From Thermodesulfobacteriota bacterium (lineage in GTDB: Bacteria; Desulfobacterota; Desulfobacteria; Desulfobacterales; B30-G6), in NCBI GenBank assembly GCA_039714495.1, contig JBDLJD010000003.1, positions 1 through 60,915 of the forward strand: DNA of 60,915 bases. Reading direction: 5' to 3'. The position numbers and the translations under genes are program-made. Of this stretch, positions 28,226 to 37,603 are shown piece after piece; position 1 is the stretch's first letter; each line of letters begins with the position of its first letter. Under the pieces are notes generated by a model, which did no database searches, was not told the DNA's origin, and saw only the letters and a program-made list of their open reading frames with translations.

Positions 28226-29618
28226 GTTGGTCATCATCGGGGGGGGGGCCGGCGGATTGGCCGCCGCCATTGAAGCTGCTAAATTAGGTGTCGAGACTAC
28301 CGTAATAGATGAAAATGTAAAACCCGGAGGTCAGATCTACCGGCAACTCGAAGAAGGTTTTCAAATTCACAGCCTCAGAGCTTTAGGAAGAGATTATACC
28401 AGGGGCTCTAGACTGTTAAATGAGTTTGATGTGATCCGTTCTAAGATAAAATATCTGAACAACACCGTCGTTTGGGGGCTATTTCCCGAAAATGAACTAG
28501 TTTATCAGCATTCGGGCAGGTCCGAAAGTCTCCGATATCGTAAACTGATCATTGCCTCAGGAGCATACGATCGACCTGTTGCCTTTCCAGGATGGACACT
28601 ACCCGGTGTCTTGACAGCCGGCGGCGCCCAGAGGTTGGTAAAGACGCAGCGAGTTCTTCCCGGAGAAATGATTCTTCTAGCTGGAACCGGACCACTTCAG
28701 CTCGTTTTGGCCAATCAGATTATCAATGCCGGCGGCAATATCGTCGCTGTGTTGGAAGCCGGCACCATCATTGACAGTTGGTTCAAGTTGCTTCGCAGTC
28801 TGTGGGGCCAATGGGACCTTCTTATGGACGGCTTATCCTATATTTTCAACATCCGCAAAGCAAAAGTCCCCCTTCTACTAAACCATATTATACTGGAAGC
28901 CCACGGAGAGGAGGAGGTAAAAGAAGCGGTTGTTGCCAGAGTGGATAAGGACTGGAGACCTATTCCCGGGACGGAACGTACCTTAGATGTCGATACCATC
29001 TGCATCGGCTACGGGCTAGTCCCTTCGGCCGAAATCACCCAGCTGGGAAAATGTGAGCACCAATATTCGCCGCGTCTGGGCGGATGGGTTCCGAAACGTC
29101 AAGAAAACTTGGAGACCAGCGTTCCGGGTATCTATGCGATCGGCGATGGTTCCGGTGTCGAGGGGAGCAAAGCGGCGATTGCGGAAGGCCGGATTGCCGG
29201 TATTGATGCTGCACACACGCTAGGGTATCTGTCCGCCTCCGATTCGCGCAAACGTAAGGAACCCTTTGAAAAACAATTGAAGAAATATAGACGATTCCGA
29301 AAAGTCATGGATAAAATCTCCGAGCCTCGACCCGGGCTGTTCGAATTGGCCAAAGAGGATACCATCATCTGCCGCTGTGAAGAAATCACGCTCGGGGATG
29401 TGGACGAGGCTATCGCCCGAGGTGGAAGAGAAATCAATGAAATCAAACGCATGACCCGTGCCGGAATGGGTCGCTGCCAAGGCCGAATGTGTGGGCCCTT
29501 TCTTGTTGAGCGAATCCGCAGAACTGTTGGACTCCAAGAAATACCTGGCCCGGGCCATCTAAACCCCAGGCCGCCACTTAAGCCGATCAAATTGGGCTCG
29601 ATGACAACCGTGGATTGA
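28212..29618 (+). CDS. FAD/NAD(P)-binding pyridine-nucleotide-disulfide-type oxidoreductase (HcnB / LhpF / opine-oxidase-A-like alpha subunit)
   Basis: Start placed at MKSNELVIIGGGAGGLAAAIEAAKLG, which overlaps the 2Fe-2S gene by 14 nt. It has a second nucleotide fold LLAGTGPLQL and AIGDGSG. A C-terminal BFD-like Cys motif CRCEEIT..CQGRMC is present. Confidence 0.87.
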   Translation: MKSNELVIIGGGAGGLAAAIEAAKLGVETTVIDENVKPGGQIYRQLEEGFQIHSLRALGRDYTRGSRLLNEFDVIRSKIKYLNNTVVWGLFPENELVYQHSGRSESLRYRKLIIASGAYDRPVAFPGWTLPGVLTAGGAQRLVKTQRVLPGEMILLAGTGPLQLVLANQIINAGGNIVAVLEAGTIIDSWFKLLRSLWGQWDLLMDGLSYIFNIRKAKVPLLLNHIILEAHGEEEVKEAVVARVDKDWRPIPGTERTLDVDTICIGYGLVPSAEITQLGKCEHQYSPRLGGWVPKRQENLETSVPGIYAIGDGSGVEGSKAAIAEGRIAGIDAAHTLGYLSASDSRKRKEPFEKQLKKYRRFRKVMDKISEPRPGLFELAKEDTIICRCEEITLGDVDEAIARGGREINEIKRMTRAGMGRCQGRMCGPFLVERIRRTVGLQEIPGPGHLNPRPPLKPIKLGSMTTVD

Positions 29619-30112
29619 ATAACGCATTTCCCGGAATTCTCTCAAGCCGTAATTAATTGTGGTTGCAATCACTAATCCCATATTATCGAGCAACATTTTT
29701 TATCTTTATCGAGACTAGGGAAGAATCTCTAATCTTGATAAATGGACTGTTATTTTCAAACATTTATAGAAAAGACTTCCATTTCAAACTTCCAAAGCAT
29801 CGTGTTCTGTGAAACAAAAGACTTCACCGAATCCAACGAGCCTCTTCGACAAAAGGCTATGTTACACCTTTGAAACCACTGTGGCATAAATCCGCTTAGA
29901 AATTGGATTAATCTTGACCTCTATGCAACGGAATGCCCAAAAAGATTCCTGTAATCATGAGAGTTGATCATTATCTTATAGATACAATAGTGGGATGGTC
30001 GCTCCAGTCATGTCTTCTCCCAAAGCACATGGGATTTGCTAGGCATATCAGATGTCCTCTTGCAGTAAACGATAGGTTTGTATGGGGTAAGGAAACCTCT
30101 TGAATCCTGTAT

Positions 30113-31168
30113 TTAAATAATCCTTGTTTCACCAATCTTCATAATGCCCGCACGCCTGTCACTAATTCCGTTTTTATTTGCATAGGCCCGATATCTTTCC
30201 AGGGGTTCAAAGGGCGGTTCATCCGTTAGAATGATGGTGCCCCAGTGGGAGGGGATAATCAGGTCGGCCTTGACGTCATTGGCCATTTGAATCGCCTCCT
30301 CGGGGTTGGTGTGCACCGGTTGCATGACGTTGGCAGGATCATAGGCCCCAATGGGAACGATGGCAATGTCAAAACCGCGGAATTGCTGTCCGATCCCCTT
30401 GAAAAGGGTTGGAGAATAGCCGGTGTCCCCGGCGAAAAAAATATTTCCGGCGGCGGATTGAATTGCCCAGGAGCACCACAGGGTCTCGTTGCGGTCGCCC
30501 ATCCCCCGGCCGGAAAAGTGGACCGCCGGAAGGGCGGTCAGCTGGATCCCATCCATCTCAGCAGATTGATGCCAGTCCAGTTCCCGGACGTTTTCATAGC
30601 CCCTCTTGGTGAAAAACGGCTTCAGCCCCAGGGGTACGAACACGGCGATCCTTTCTTTACCTTTAAAGGCCTCAATGGTTTTGGCGTCCAGGTGGTCGTA
30701 GTGGTTGTGGGAGATGACCACCCCGTCGATGGGCGGGAGCTGTTCCAGGGCTATTCCCGGGGGTACAAACCGTTCCGGCCCAAAGGGCAGCGGGCTGGCA
30801 AGATTGCTGAAAAAGGGATCGAGCAGGAAATGCCGGTTCTCGAGCCGCAGCAGATAAGTGGAATGCCCGATCCAGGTTATGGCGGAATCGGTAGAGTATT
30901 GCTTGAGTGCTGTCAGCGCCAGGGATGTTTCGATAACATGATCCCGGGGAATCTCCGGTTTACCATTCAACTCTTTTATCCTTCTGAGCAAAAAAGATAG
31001 ACCGGGGGTTTGTGGTTTTGGTGCAATCGGATAGTTGCGAAAACCTGTGGTCAGGTGATGAGGTGGTTTACCGTCCATGATCATATCCTTGGGGGAGCAG
31101 CCCGTCATCAGTTGAAAGGCTGCCGCCGTGCTCAATTGCATGAATTGTCTGCGGGTCCAAAAGTTCAT
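30113..31168 (-). CDS. Exported MBL-fold hydrolase (NAPE-PLD-like), Tat signal
   Basis: Start at MNFWTRRQFMQLSTAAAF..TGCSP (twin-arginine signal plus lipobox-like Cys). It carries an SHNHYDHLD motif. The ATG overlaps the upstream gene's stop (ATGA). Confidence 0.85.
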   Translation of the reverse strand: MNFWTRRQFMQLSTAAAFQLMTGCSPKDMIMDGKPPHHLTTGFRNYPIAPKPQTPGLSFLLRRIKELNGKPEIPRDHVIETSLALTALKQYSTDSAITWIGHSTYLLRLENRHFLLDPFFSNLASPLPFGPERFVPPGIALEQLPPIDGVVISHNHYDHLDAKTIEAFKGKERIAVFVPLGLKPFFTKRGYENVRELDWHQSAEMDGIQLTALPAVHFSGRGMGDRNETLWCSWAIQSAAGNIFFAGDTGYSPTLFKGIGQQFRGFDIAIVPIGAYDPANVMQPVHTNPEEAIQMANDVKADLIIPSHWGTIILTDEPPFEPLERYRAYANKNGISDRRAGIMKIGETRII

Positions 31169-32283
31169 TTGTTCTCCACCCCTCGCCACCAAGGATTCAC
31201 CTCAGATGGGCGGCTACAATCAACCCGCTCCCCGATGAGGGGGGTGATGACCTGGACGCCGGATGTGACGGCTGCTGTCAGCGTCCGTTCGACAGGTTCG
31301 TACCAGGGGTGCAGGGCCAGGTCAAAGGTGGCCCAGTGGAGTGGCACCAGTAGGCTGCCGCCAAGATCCAGGTGCTGTCGGACCGCTTCCTCCGGCAGCA
31401 TGTGGATCTGCTTCCACATTTCGTCGTAGGAGCCGATCTTCAGAAAAGTGATGTCAAAAGGTCCCATTTTTTCACCGATCTTTTTGAACCCGTCAAAATA
31501 CCCGGAATCGCCGCTGATAAAGAGTTTCCGGGTTTGACCCCGTACGGCCCAGGAGCACCAGAGCCGTTCATCGCCGTCAAACAAACCTCTTCTGGCATAA
31601 TGCACGGCCGGTGTGGCCGTGAAGCTGAGCGAGCCCACGCTGTGATGCTCCCACCAGTCCAGTTCCCTGACCTTTTCAGGGGCGATGCCCCAATCTTCGA
31701 GCAGTTCCCCGATGCCCAGGGGCACCAGAAACAGGCCGGTTTTGCTTGCCAACTGCTTCATCGTGGGCTTTTCCAGGTGGTCGTAGTGATCGTGGGTGAT
31801 CAACACCACGTCAATAGAGGGCAGTCCATCCGCTGTAACCGGCGGGGGATGAAACCTTTTGGGACCGATCCAGGAAAAGGGCGAGGCGCGTTTTTCAAGG
31901 ACCGGATCCACCAGGATCGTTTTGCCATCCACAGCAATGAGGATGCTGGAGTGGCCCAGCCAGGCAAAGCGAACGCTATGTTTGGCTGGTTTCATCCAAT
32001 CGTTGGGCTGGATGGCTGTCACCGGCAGTTCCCCGGAGGGTTCGGGATCGATTCTTTTGGAAAAGTAGGCCTTTTTAATGTATTTCCAAGTGGACCCCGG
32101 GGCCATTAACGGGGCCTCGATGGGGTTGATGAACTTGCCGTCCTTGAATTGCAGAGAGTTCTGCATGCGTTTTTCCCGCTCCAGTTGTGAATGCGTTTTG
32201 GTACCGCAGCTTGTGAATATAAATCCTGACAGGATCAACAGGATCAGAATGATTTTATATAGTAAATTTTCATGAACAGGCAT
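31165..32283 (-). CDS. Exported MBL-fold hydrolase (NAPE-PLD-like), lipoprotein signal; paralogue of 30113-31168
   Basis: LILLILSGFIFTSCGT lipobox and a THDHYDHLE motif. It is collinear in similarity with the downstream paralogue. Confidence 0.85.
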   Translation of the reverse strand: MPVHENLLYKIILILLILSGFIFTSCGTKTHSQLEREKRMQNSLQFKDGKFINPIEAPLMAPGSTWKYIKKAYFSKRIDPEPSGELPVTAIQPNDWMKPAKHSVRFAWLGHSSILIAVDGKTILVDPVLEKRASPFSWIGPKRFHPPPVTADGLPSIDVVLITHDHYDHLEKPTMKQLASKTGLFLVPLGIGELLEDWGIAPEKVRELDWWEHHSVGSLSFTATPAVHYARRGLFDGDERLWCSWAVRGQTRKLFISGDSGYFDGFKKIGEKMGPFDITFLKIGSYDEMWKQIHMLPEEAVRQHLDLGGSLLVPLHWATFDLALHPWYEPVERTLTAAVTSGVQVITPLIGERVDCSRPSEVNPWWRGVENK

Positions 32284-32355
32284 TTGATGATCACTCAGGC
32301 AATATTAGGTTATCAAAGGTTAAATATTTCTTTATGTTTATAAAAACATGAAAAT

Positions 32356-33552
32356 TTACATGTTGAGCATCTTTTTGCCGATGGCGATTCTTTTCTCCAG
32401 ATCCGCATCTTCGAATTCCTCGGCAACCATTTCCAGAATATCCGGAATTTCGATGTGTTGGGGGCATTTTTCCAGACATTCTTCACAGCGAACACATTGG
32501 GACGCAAATGCAAGGATTCCGCTGAAAGCACCGCCCATGCTTAAGGCGTAGCTGAATTTCGCCTCGACCTCATTGCCGAACATGTGCATTTTGTTGTACA
32601 GCTCGAAACAGCGGGGGATAGACACATCCGAGGGGCAGGGCATGCAGTAGCCACAGCCGGTGCATTCCACCTTCATCAGTGTCTGGTATTTTCGGCCAGC
32701 CTTTTCCACCAGCTGCAGCTCATCGTCTGTCAGTGAATTGGGCAAGGCCTCTTCAGCAATGGCCAGGTTTTCTCCAATGTGGGCTTCCTCGTTCATGCCT
32801 GAAAGCACCACCGTCACTTCAGGGCGGTTCCACACCCAGCGCAAGGCCCATTCCACAGGTGTTCTCTTTTTGTCTGCTTTCTGCCAGATGGCGTCCACAT
32901 CCGGCGGCGCTTCGGGCAGCCCCAGGTTCCCGCCGCGCAACGGTTCCATGACAATCACCCCCAGGTCCTTTGACGCAGCATATTCGAGCCCTTCGGTGCC
33001 GGCCTGGTTTTCTTCGTCAAGATAGTTGTACTGGATCTGACAGAAGATCCAGGGGTAGGCGTCCACGATGCGTTTGAAGTCATCCAGTATGCCGTGAAAG
33101 GAAAACCCAGCGTTGACAATGCGGCCGTCGGCCAGGGCCTGGTCCAAGAAACCCAAAACATCCATTGATTGAAGGCGGTCCCAGGGGCGGCCGTCCAGCC
33201 CGTGGAGCAGGTAGTAGTCAATGTGGTCTGTTTGGAGTTTTTCCAACTGGGCGTTGAGATAAAAGTCCATGTCCTTGCGGCTGTTGACCATCCACAATGG
33301 CAGTTTGGTGGCAATCTTCACTTTGTCGCGAAAACCGCCTGCCAGCGCACGTCCCAGAAAATTCTCGCTTTCACCGGCATGGTAGGGCCAGGCCGTGTCC
33401 AGGTAATTGACGCCGCGCTCGATGGCATCGCAGACTTGCCGGGTTGCCCTATCTTCGTCGATCTGCCTTTCCTTGGTCATGGGCAGGCGCATGAGGCCGA
33501 ATCCCAAGATAGATAGTTCGTCGCCGTTTTTGGGTATTTTTCTGTAAAGCAT
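32356..33552 (-). CDS. Aldo/keto reductase with a C-terminal 4Fe-4S ferredoxin-like domain
   Basis: AKR-type N-terminus (LSILGFGLMRLP, NYLDTAWPYH) with C-terminal Cys motifs CTGCGYCMPCP and CVRCEECLEKCP. Confidence 0.9.
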   Translation of the reverse strand: MLYRKIPKNGDELSILGFGLMRLPMTKERQIDEDRATRQVCDAIERGVNYLDTAWPYHAGESENFLGRALAGGFRDKVKIATKLPLWMVNSRKDMDFYLNAQLEKLQTDHIDYYLLHGLDGRPWDRLQSMDVLGFLDQALADGRIVNAGFSFHGILDDFKRIVDAYPWIFCQIQYNYLDEENQAGTEGLEYAASKDLGVIVMEPLRGGNLGLPEAPPDVDAIWQKADKKRTPVEWALRWVWNRPEVTVVLSGMNEEAHIGENLAIAEEALPNSLTDDELQLVEKAGRKYQTLMKVECTGCGYCMPCPSDVSIPRCFELYNKMHMFGNEVEAKFSYALSMGGAFSGILAFASQCVRCEECLEKCPQHIEIPDILEMVAEEFEDADLEKRIAIGKKMLNM

Positions 33553-33574
33553 GTGATCCTCCTTTTATGATCAT

Positions 33575-33590
33575 AACCGAATGATCGTTT
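33575..33590. promoter_or_regulatory. Candidate TetR operator upstream of the reductase/hydrolase operon
   Basis: AACCGAATGATCGTTT matches the reverse complement of the 34205-34220 site at 15 of 16 positions. It lies 23 nt upstream of the AKR start. Confidence 0.5.
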
Positions 33591-33619
33591 TTAATATTTA
33601 CAAAAAAATTGAAACCAAA

Positions 33620-34192
33620 CTAAAGCTTGATGGCATCCCAGGCCATGTCAAAGGCCTGTTCCAGGTTTTGGGCATCCATTTCCAAACCATAGCACAGCCG
33701 TGGATTGGCCAACCGGGAAACCGGATTGAACAAAAACGCGGAAATAATGTTCATGTCCACATTTTTAATGATCTTCTGCTCGATCCCCCTGGCAAGTACG
33801 TTGATGAGCGGAAGGTATTCCTTTTCCAGGGCTTCCTTGTCCACCAGCGAACTGTAAGGGGAATTGGCAAACTGCTCGATATAGTCGTATGCTTCCAGGT
33901 TGTTGGAAACAAAGTTAAATACGCTGAACCAGGCGCTTCTAATGATGTCGCGGATGGGCAGGCTGTCATTAAAATCGTCATGCAGTGCCTGGGCCAGATT
34001 GTGCTTTATTTCCAGATAGGTGGATATGAGGAGGTCCTCCTTGTTCTGGAAAAACACATAGATGGTTGACGGCGAAACATTGGCTTCTTTGGCGATTTTG
34101 GACACGGAGCTTGCGGCAAACCCGATTTCATTGACGAGCTTGATGGTGGCTTTGAAAAGGGCTTCTTTTTTCTGATCGTCTTTTGTTCTCAT
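33620..34192 (-). CDS. TetR/AcrR family transcriptional regulator
   Basis: N-terminal HTH KEALFKATIKLVNEIGFAASSVSKIAKEANVSPSTIYVFFQNKEDL; 190 aa. Confidence 0.9.
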   Translation of the reverse strand: MRTKDDQKKEALFKATIKLVNEIGFAASSVSKIAKEANVSPSTIYVFFQNKEDLLISTYLEIKHNLAQALHDDFNDSLPIRDIIRSAWFSVFNFVSNNLEAYDYIEQFANSPYSSLVDKEALEKEYLPLINVLARGIEQKIIKNVDMNIISAFLFNPVSRLANPRLCYGLEMDAQNLEQAFDMAWDAIKL

Positions 34193-34204
34193 GAAAACAA
34201 TATA

Positions 34205-34220
34205 AAACGATCATTCGTTT
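34205..34220. promoter_or_regulatory. Candidate TetR operator (autoregulatory)
   Basis: AAACGA-TCAT-TCGTTT with inverted 6-nt arms, 13 nt upstream of the TetR start codon. Confidence 0.5.
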
Positions 34221-34238
34221 ATTTCAACTAAAAGATGA

Positions 34239-34317
34239 ATCACGAAAACACGAAATCAAAAAAGCACGAAATTTTAGCACACTTCTTCGTGGTTTCCTTT
34301 TTTCGTGTTTTCGTGAT
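34239..34317. repeat. Perfect 17-nt inverted repeat enclosing a smaller hairpin; likely terminator of the thiolase gene
   Basis: ATCACGAAAACACGAAA (34239-34255) pairs with TTTCGTGTTTTCGTGAT (34301-34317). The inner stem CACGAA/TTCGTG (34265-34270 / 34286-34291) is followed by a T6 run on the minus strand. Confidence 0.6.
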
Positions 34318-34366
34318 GAAAGATCTTTTTCAGTAAGCTTTATTATTGAAGATGATCTAAGTCGTA

Positions 34367-35617
34367 CTACATCGCTTCAATGGCACATGCCATGGAAACC
34401 CCGCCACCGCCGCACAAGGTGGCCAGGCCGAGGCTGTTGCCCCTTTTCTGCATGGCGTGCAGCAGGGTGACCATGATGCGAGCGCCGGTGGCGCCCACCG
34501 GGTGCCCCAGCCCGATACCCGAGCCGTTGACATTGGTGATCTCGCGGTTCAATCCGAGTTCCCTTTCGCAGCCTATGTACTGGGCGGCAAAGGCCTCGTT
34601 GACCTCCACAAGCTCGAAATCGTCGATTTTGAGTCCGCTGCGCTGCATGAGGTCATTAACAGCCGGAACCGGCGAAAGGCCCATGACCGATGGGTGGCAG
34701 CCGCCTCTACCTGTGGCGATGATCTTGGCCAGGGGCTTGAGGCCGAGTTCGGCAGCTTTTTCTGCCGACATCAGCACCATGGCGGCGGAACCGTCATTGA
34801 TGCCGCTGGCGTTGCCGGCCGTGACGGTACCGGTTTTAGGCACGAACCCCGGGGGCAGTTTCTGGAGTTGATCCAGGGTCAAACCCGGTCTGAAATGTTC
34901 GTCCTTGTCAAATGTAATGGGGTCCTTCTTGCGTCTGGGGATTTCCATGGGGATGATCTCATCCTTGAAGACGCCGTCATTGGTGGCCCTTTCAGCATTG
35001 TTCTGGCTGCGCAGGGCAACCTCGTCGCTCTCTTCCCGGGTAATGCCCAGGTGCTGGGCGATGAATTCGGCGGTGTGGCCCATGATGTAGGGTTTGCCCT
35101 TGAAATAGCTCAGAGGGGGCTCGTCAGCATTCACCGGTCCGTCTTCGGGGTGGGGCATGATGTGGGAGCCGCAGTGCAATCCCCTGATGAGGCCATCCAC
35201 AAACTCGTTGTCCTGCAGTCGACATCCCCATCTGGCCGCGGGAACAACGTACGGTACGCCCGACATGTGCTCGACACCGCCGGCCAGGATCACATCCGCC
35301 ATTCCGGCCTGGATCATGGCCATGCCCGACAGGGTGGCTTCCATGCCGGAAATGCACACGCGGTTGATGGTTACGGCCGGGACTGAGTCCGGGATGCCGG
35401 CCAGTAGGGCGGCCGTGCGGGTTACATTGAGCGCATCCACAGGCTCCATACAGCACCCATAGCGCACATCGTCGATAATGGCGGGATCGATGCCGGCCCT
35501 TTGAATGGCTGCCTGCATGGTTGTTTTGGCGATGGTGGTGGCATGTGTGTCGCGCAAAGTGCCGCCGAATGATCCGATGGCTGTCCGGCATGCTGATACG
35601 ATAACGACATCTTTCAT
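34367..35617 (-). CDS. Acetyl-CoA C-acyltransferase / thiolase
   Basis: MKDVVIVSACRTAIGSFGG start, active-site NRVCISGMEA, and C-terminal GHPVGATGARI and LCGGGGVS motifs. Confidence 0.95.
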   Translation of the reverse strand: MKDVVIVSACRTAIGSFGGTLRDTHATTIAKTTMQAAIQRAGIDPAIIDDVRYGCCMEPVDALNVTRTAALLAGIPDSVPAVTINRVCISGMEATLSGMAMIQAGMADVILAGGVEHMSGVPYVVPAARWGCRLQDNEFVDGLIRGLHCGSHIMPHPEDGPVNADEPPLSYFKGKPYIMGHTAEFIAQHLGITREESDEVALRSQNNAERATNDGVFKDEIIPMEIPRRKKDPITFDKDEHFRPGLTLDQLQKLPPGFVPKTGTVTAGNASGINDGSAAMVLMSAEKAAELGLKPLAKIIATGRGGCHPSVMGLSPVPAVNDLMQRSGLKIDDFELVEVNEAFAAQYIGCERELGLNREITNVNGSGIGLGHPVGATGARIMVTLLHAMQKRGNSLGLATLCGGGGVSMACAIEAM

Positions 35618-36004
35618 GGTTTTCTCCTTTTAGTGTTTTTTTCCAATAATACCGGAGCAACCCTGACCCTGGGGGCAAGGTTGTCTGTTCTTTGTCAAAG
35701 TTGCGGCATATTATTGGATAGCGTTGATCATTGTCAACCCTGCAGGAAATGAAGGTTTGTAAAACCTTCTTCAAAATGCATATGAAAGGGATGTGCCACT
35801 TGAAAATTACGGTTATTGAATTATAATATCAGATGTATCCATGAGAAAAAGCAGGAGAACGGGTGCAAAAGGGGCAGCCTCTAAGTAAAAAAAAACATCC
35901 TTAACAAGCTGAAAATAGAATATAAAAAATGTATATGCGGTGACAGAAAGCCATGATAGGGGACCCAGCGCTCACCGATTTACGGTTATGGAAAACCAGA
36001 CATT

Positions 36005-37207
36005 ATGAAAACACATAAAAAAATTATTATACAGATATTTACATTGATTATGGTTCTGCTGTTCTCTGGAACCGCATTCTCCAACGGCAATGAAAAGACA
36101 ATTCCGTTAAACGTGAACCCTGGCCTCAACCATCTTTTGGACATGGCCACGCCAGGCAACAGCGCCGCATTCAATCCTGAGATCATCGCCCCGGTGCTGG
36201 ATTTTGTAGCGTCCCAGAAAAGCCCTGACGCGGTTTATGTGTCGGATAAATCGTTCAAATCCCCTTCCGCATACATAGAGGTGGATCTGAACCAGGGACT
36301 GGCGGAACTTTTAAGGGTTTCCTACAATCCTGATATTCCTTCTTATATAATGACCCCCTCGTCCATGCGCCTCTCTTATTGGAAGGAGATCAGCCAGGGG
36401 AAGGAAAGTTTTGCAGAGCTTTGGAACCTCCTTGGGGATTATGAAGCCCCTATCGCGATTCGCGGTGTGGAAACAGTTGAAAACACACCGGATATTCATA
36501 CGGGCGCTTACTATAAGTATGATCTGGAGCGCACGATGATTCTGTTCAAGCATGAGGGCAGAAAAGTGTTTGTGTCCCTTTCCCGGCAGCTCGGCAACTC
36601 CATGGTCGGAAAAAAAGGGGTGGTGCTGGGGGATGACGGAGACTGGAACTATCTCTACTCCGGCGAAAAGGGGATCAACAAGTTCGGCCTGGGATGGGTG
36701 GATTCCTACATGTATGAATCTTCATCCATCATTGTCTATTATGAAACAGACCCTGGCAGTCCCCTTTTGCGCTGTGCGGTTTTCAAATGGCTGAAGGCCG
36801 GGTGGAAGGACATCAATATGGTGAAAAACCATCATATTTACAAGGGGATGCACAGGTGGGCCGTGGATTATAAGTCCATTATGGAGCATCCTGATTTCCC
36901 GGATGCCGACACATTGGAACATGCCTGGGAGCAGATCGAAAGGCTTGAGCTGACCGAGTTGCAGCGCGCTAACCATCTCTACTACCAGTCTCTGAAAAAA
37001 CGCTACAACGGGGACCGTTCGGTTTCTTCAAAATGGGTTTCCAAAGTGCTCGAAGATGATTCACGGGTGGCTACCAGCGATGTGCACGAACTGCGGTCGG
37101 TGCTGGTAATGGAATACCTCAAGAGTGTGCTGGGCAAACAGTATGAAATCGATGTGGTGAGCCTCTACCACCTGGATTCCGGGCAGATGCGGTTGAGCCG
37201 CAAATAG
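36005..37207 (+). CDS. Exported hypothetical protein
   Basis: 400-aa ORF with signal peptide IIIQIFTLIMVLLFSGTAFS. No family recognised. Confidence 0.7.
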   Translation: MKTHKKIIIQIFTLIMVLLFSGTAFSNGNEKTIPLNVNPGLNHLLDMATPGNSAAFNPEIIAPVLDFVASQKSPDAVYVSDKSFKSPSAYIEVDLNQGLAELLRVSYNPDIPSYIMTPSSMRLSYWKEISQGKESFAELWNLLGDYEAPIAIRGVETVENTPDIHTGAYYKYDLERTMILFKHEGRKVFVSLSRQLGNSMVGKKGVVLGDDGDWNYLYSGEKGINKFGLGWVDSYMYESSSIIVYYETDPGSPLLRCAVFKWLKAGWKDINMVKNHHIYKGMHRWAVDYKSIMEHPDFPDADTLEHAWEQIERLELTELQRANHLYYQSLKKRYNGDRSVSSKWVSKVLEDDSRVATSDVHELRSVLVMEYLKSVLGKQYEIDVVSLYHLDSGQMRLSRK

Positions 37208-37603
37208 CGGTTGTGGTGAAATAAGATGAGTGTCCCAGGCCAGTCGGCTGCATTATCTTACCTGCTGTATCACCGGTTCAGACATTATCGGATCCAAAAC
37301 GTTCGTCTCCAAACATGACCAACTGTTCAAACACCTGTTTTTGCCGAAAAAGAGAAGATTCCCACGCCCATCCGGGGCTGTCCGGGTTGGTCTGATCCAG
37401 CTTCCTTCCTAAAAAAATGCATTTACCGTCCATGCAAATGCAGAACTGCCTCTCTGTACCGATTGTCATATATTATCGGCATGCTTTTGCAACAAGCTCT
37501 ATATCCGATAATTTTCTACTGAAACATTGTGTATTGGGTGTTTGATATGCTATATTGTATTATTGCACATGTTTATCAACAATATGTTGTATAGGAGTGA
37601 AAA

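Noticed and set aside
30245-32109. Long plus-strand ORFs (30245-31000, 31372-32109) opposite the two MBL hydrolase genes
   Set aside because: They are antisense to ORFs with clear HxHxDH motifs and export signals. Their products are Gly/Arg/Pro-rich with no recognisable motif, which is typical of spurious frames in GC-rich coding DNA.
34457-35386. 309-aa plus-strand ORF opposite the thiolase gene
   Set aside because: The thiolase on the minus strand is unambiguous. The antisense frame has low-complexity, Arg/Gly-rich content.
37278-37469. A 63-aa minus-strand ORF in the spacer before the zinc-ribbon gene
   Set aside because: No SD and no family were recognised. It could be real, but there is no support from sequence alone.
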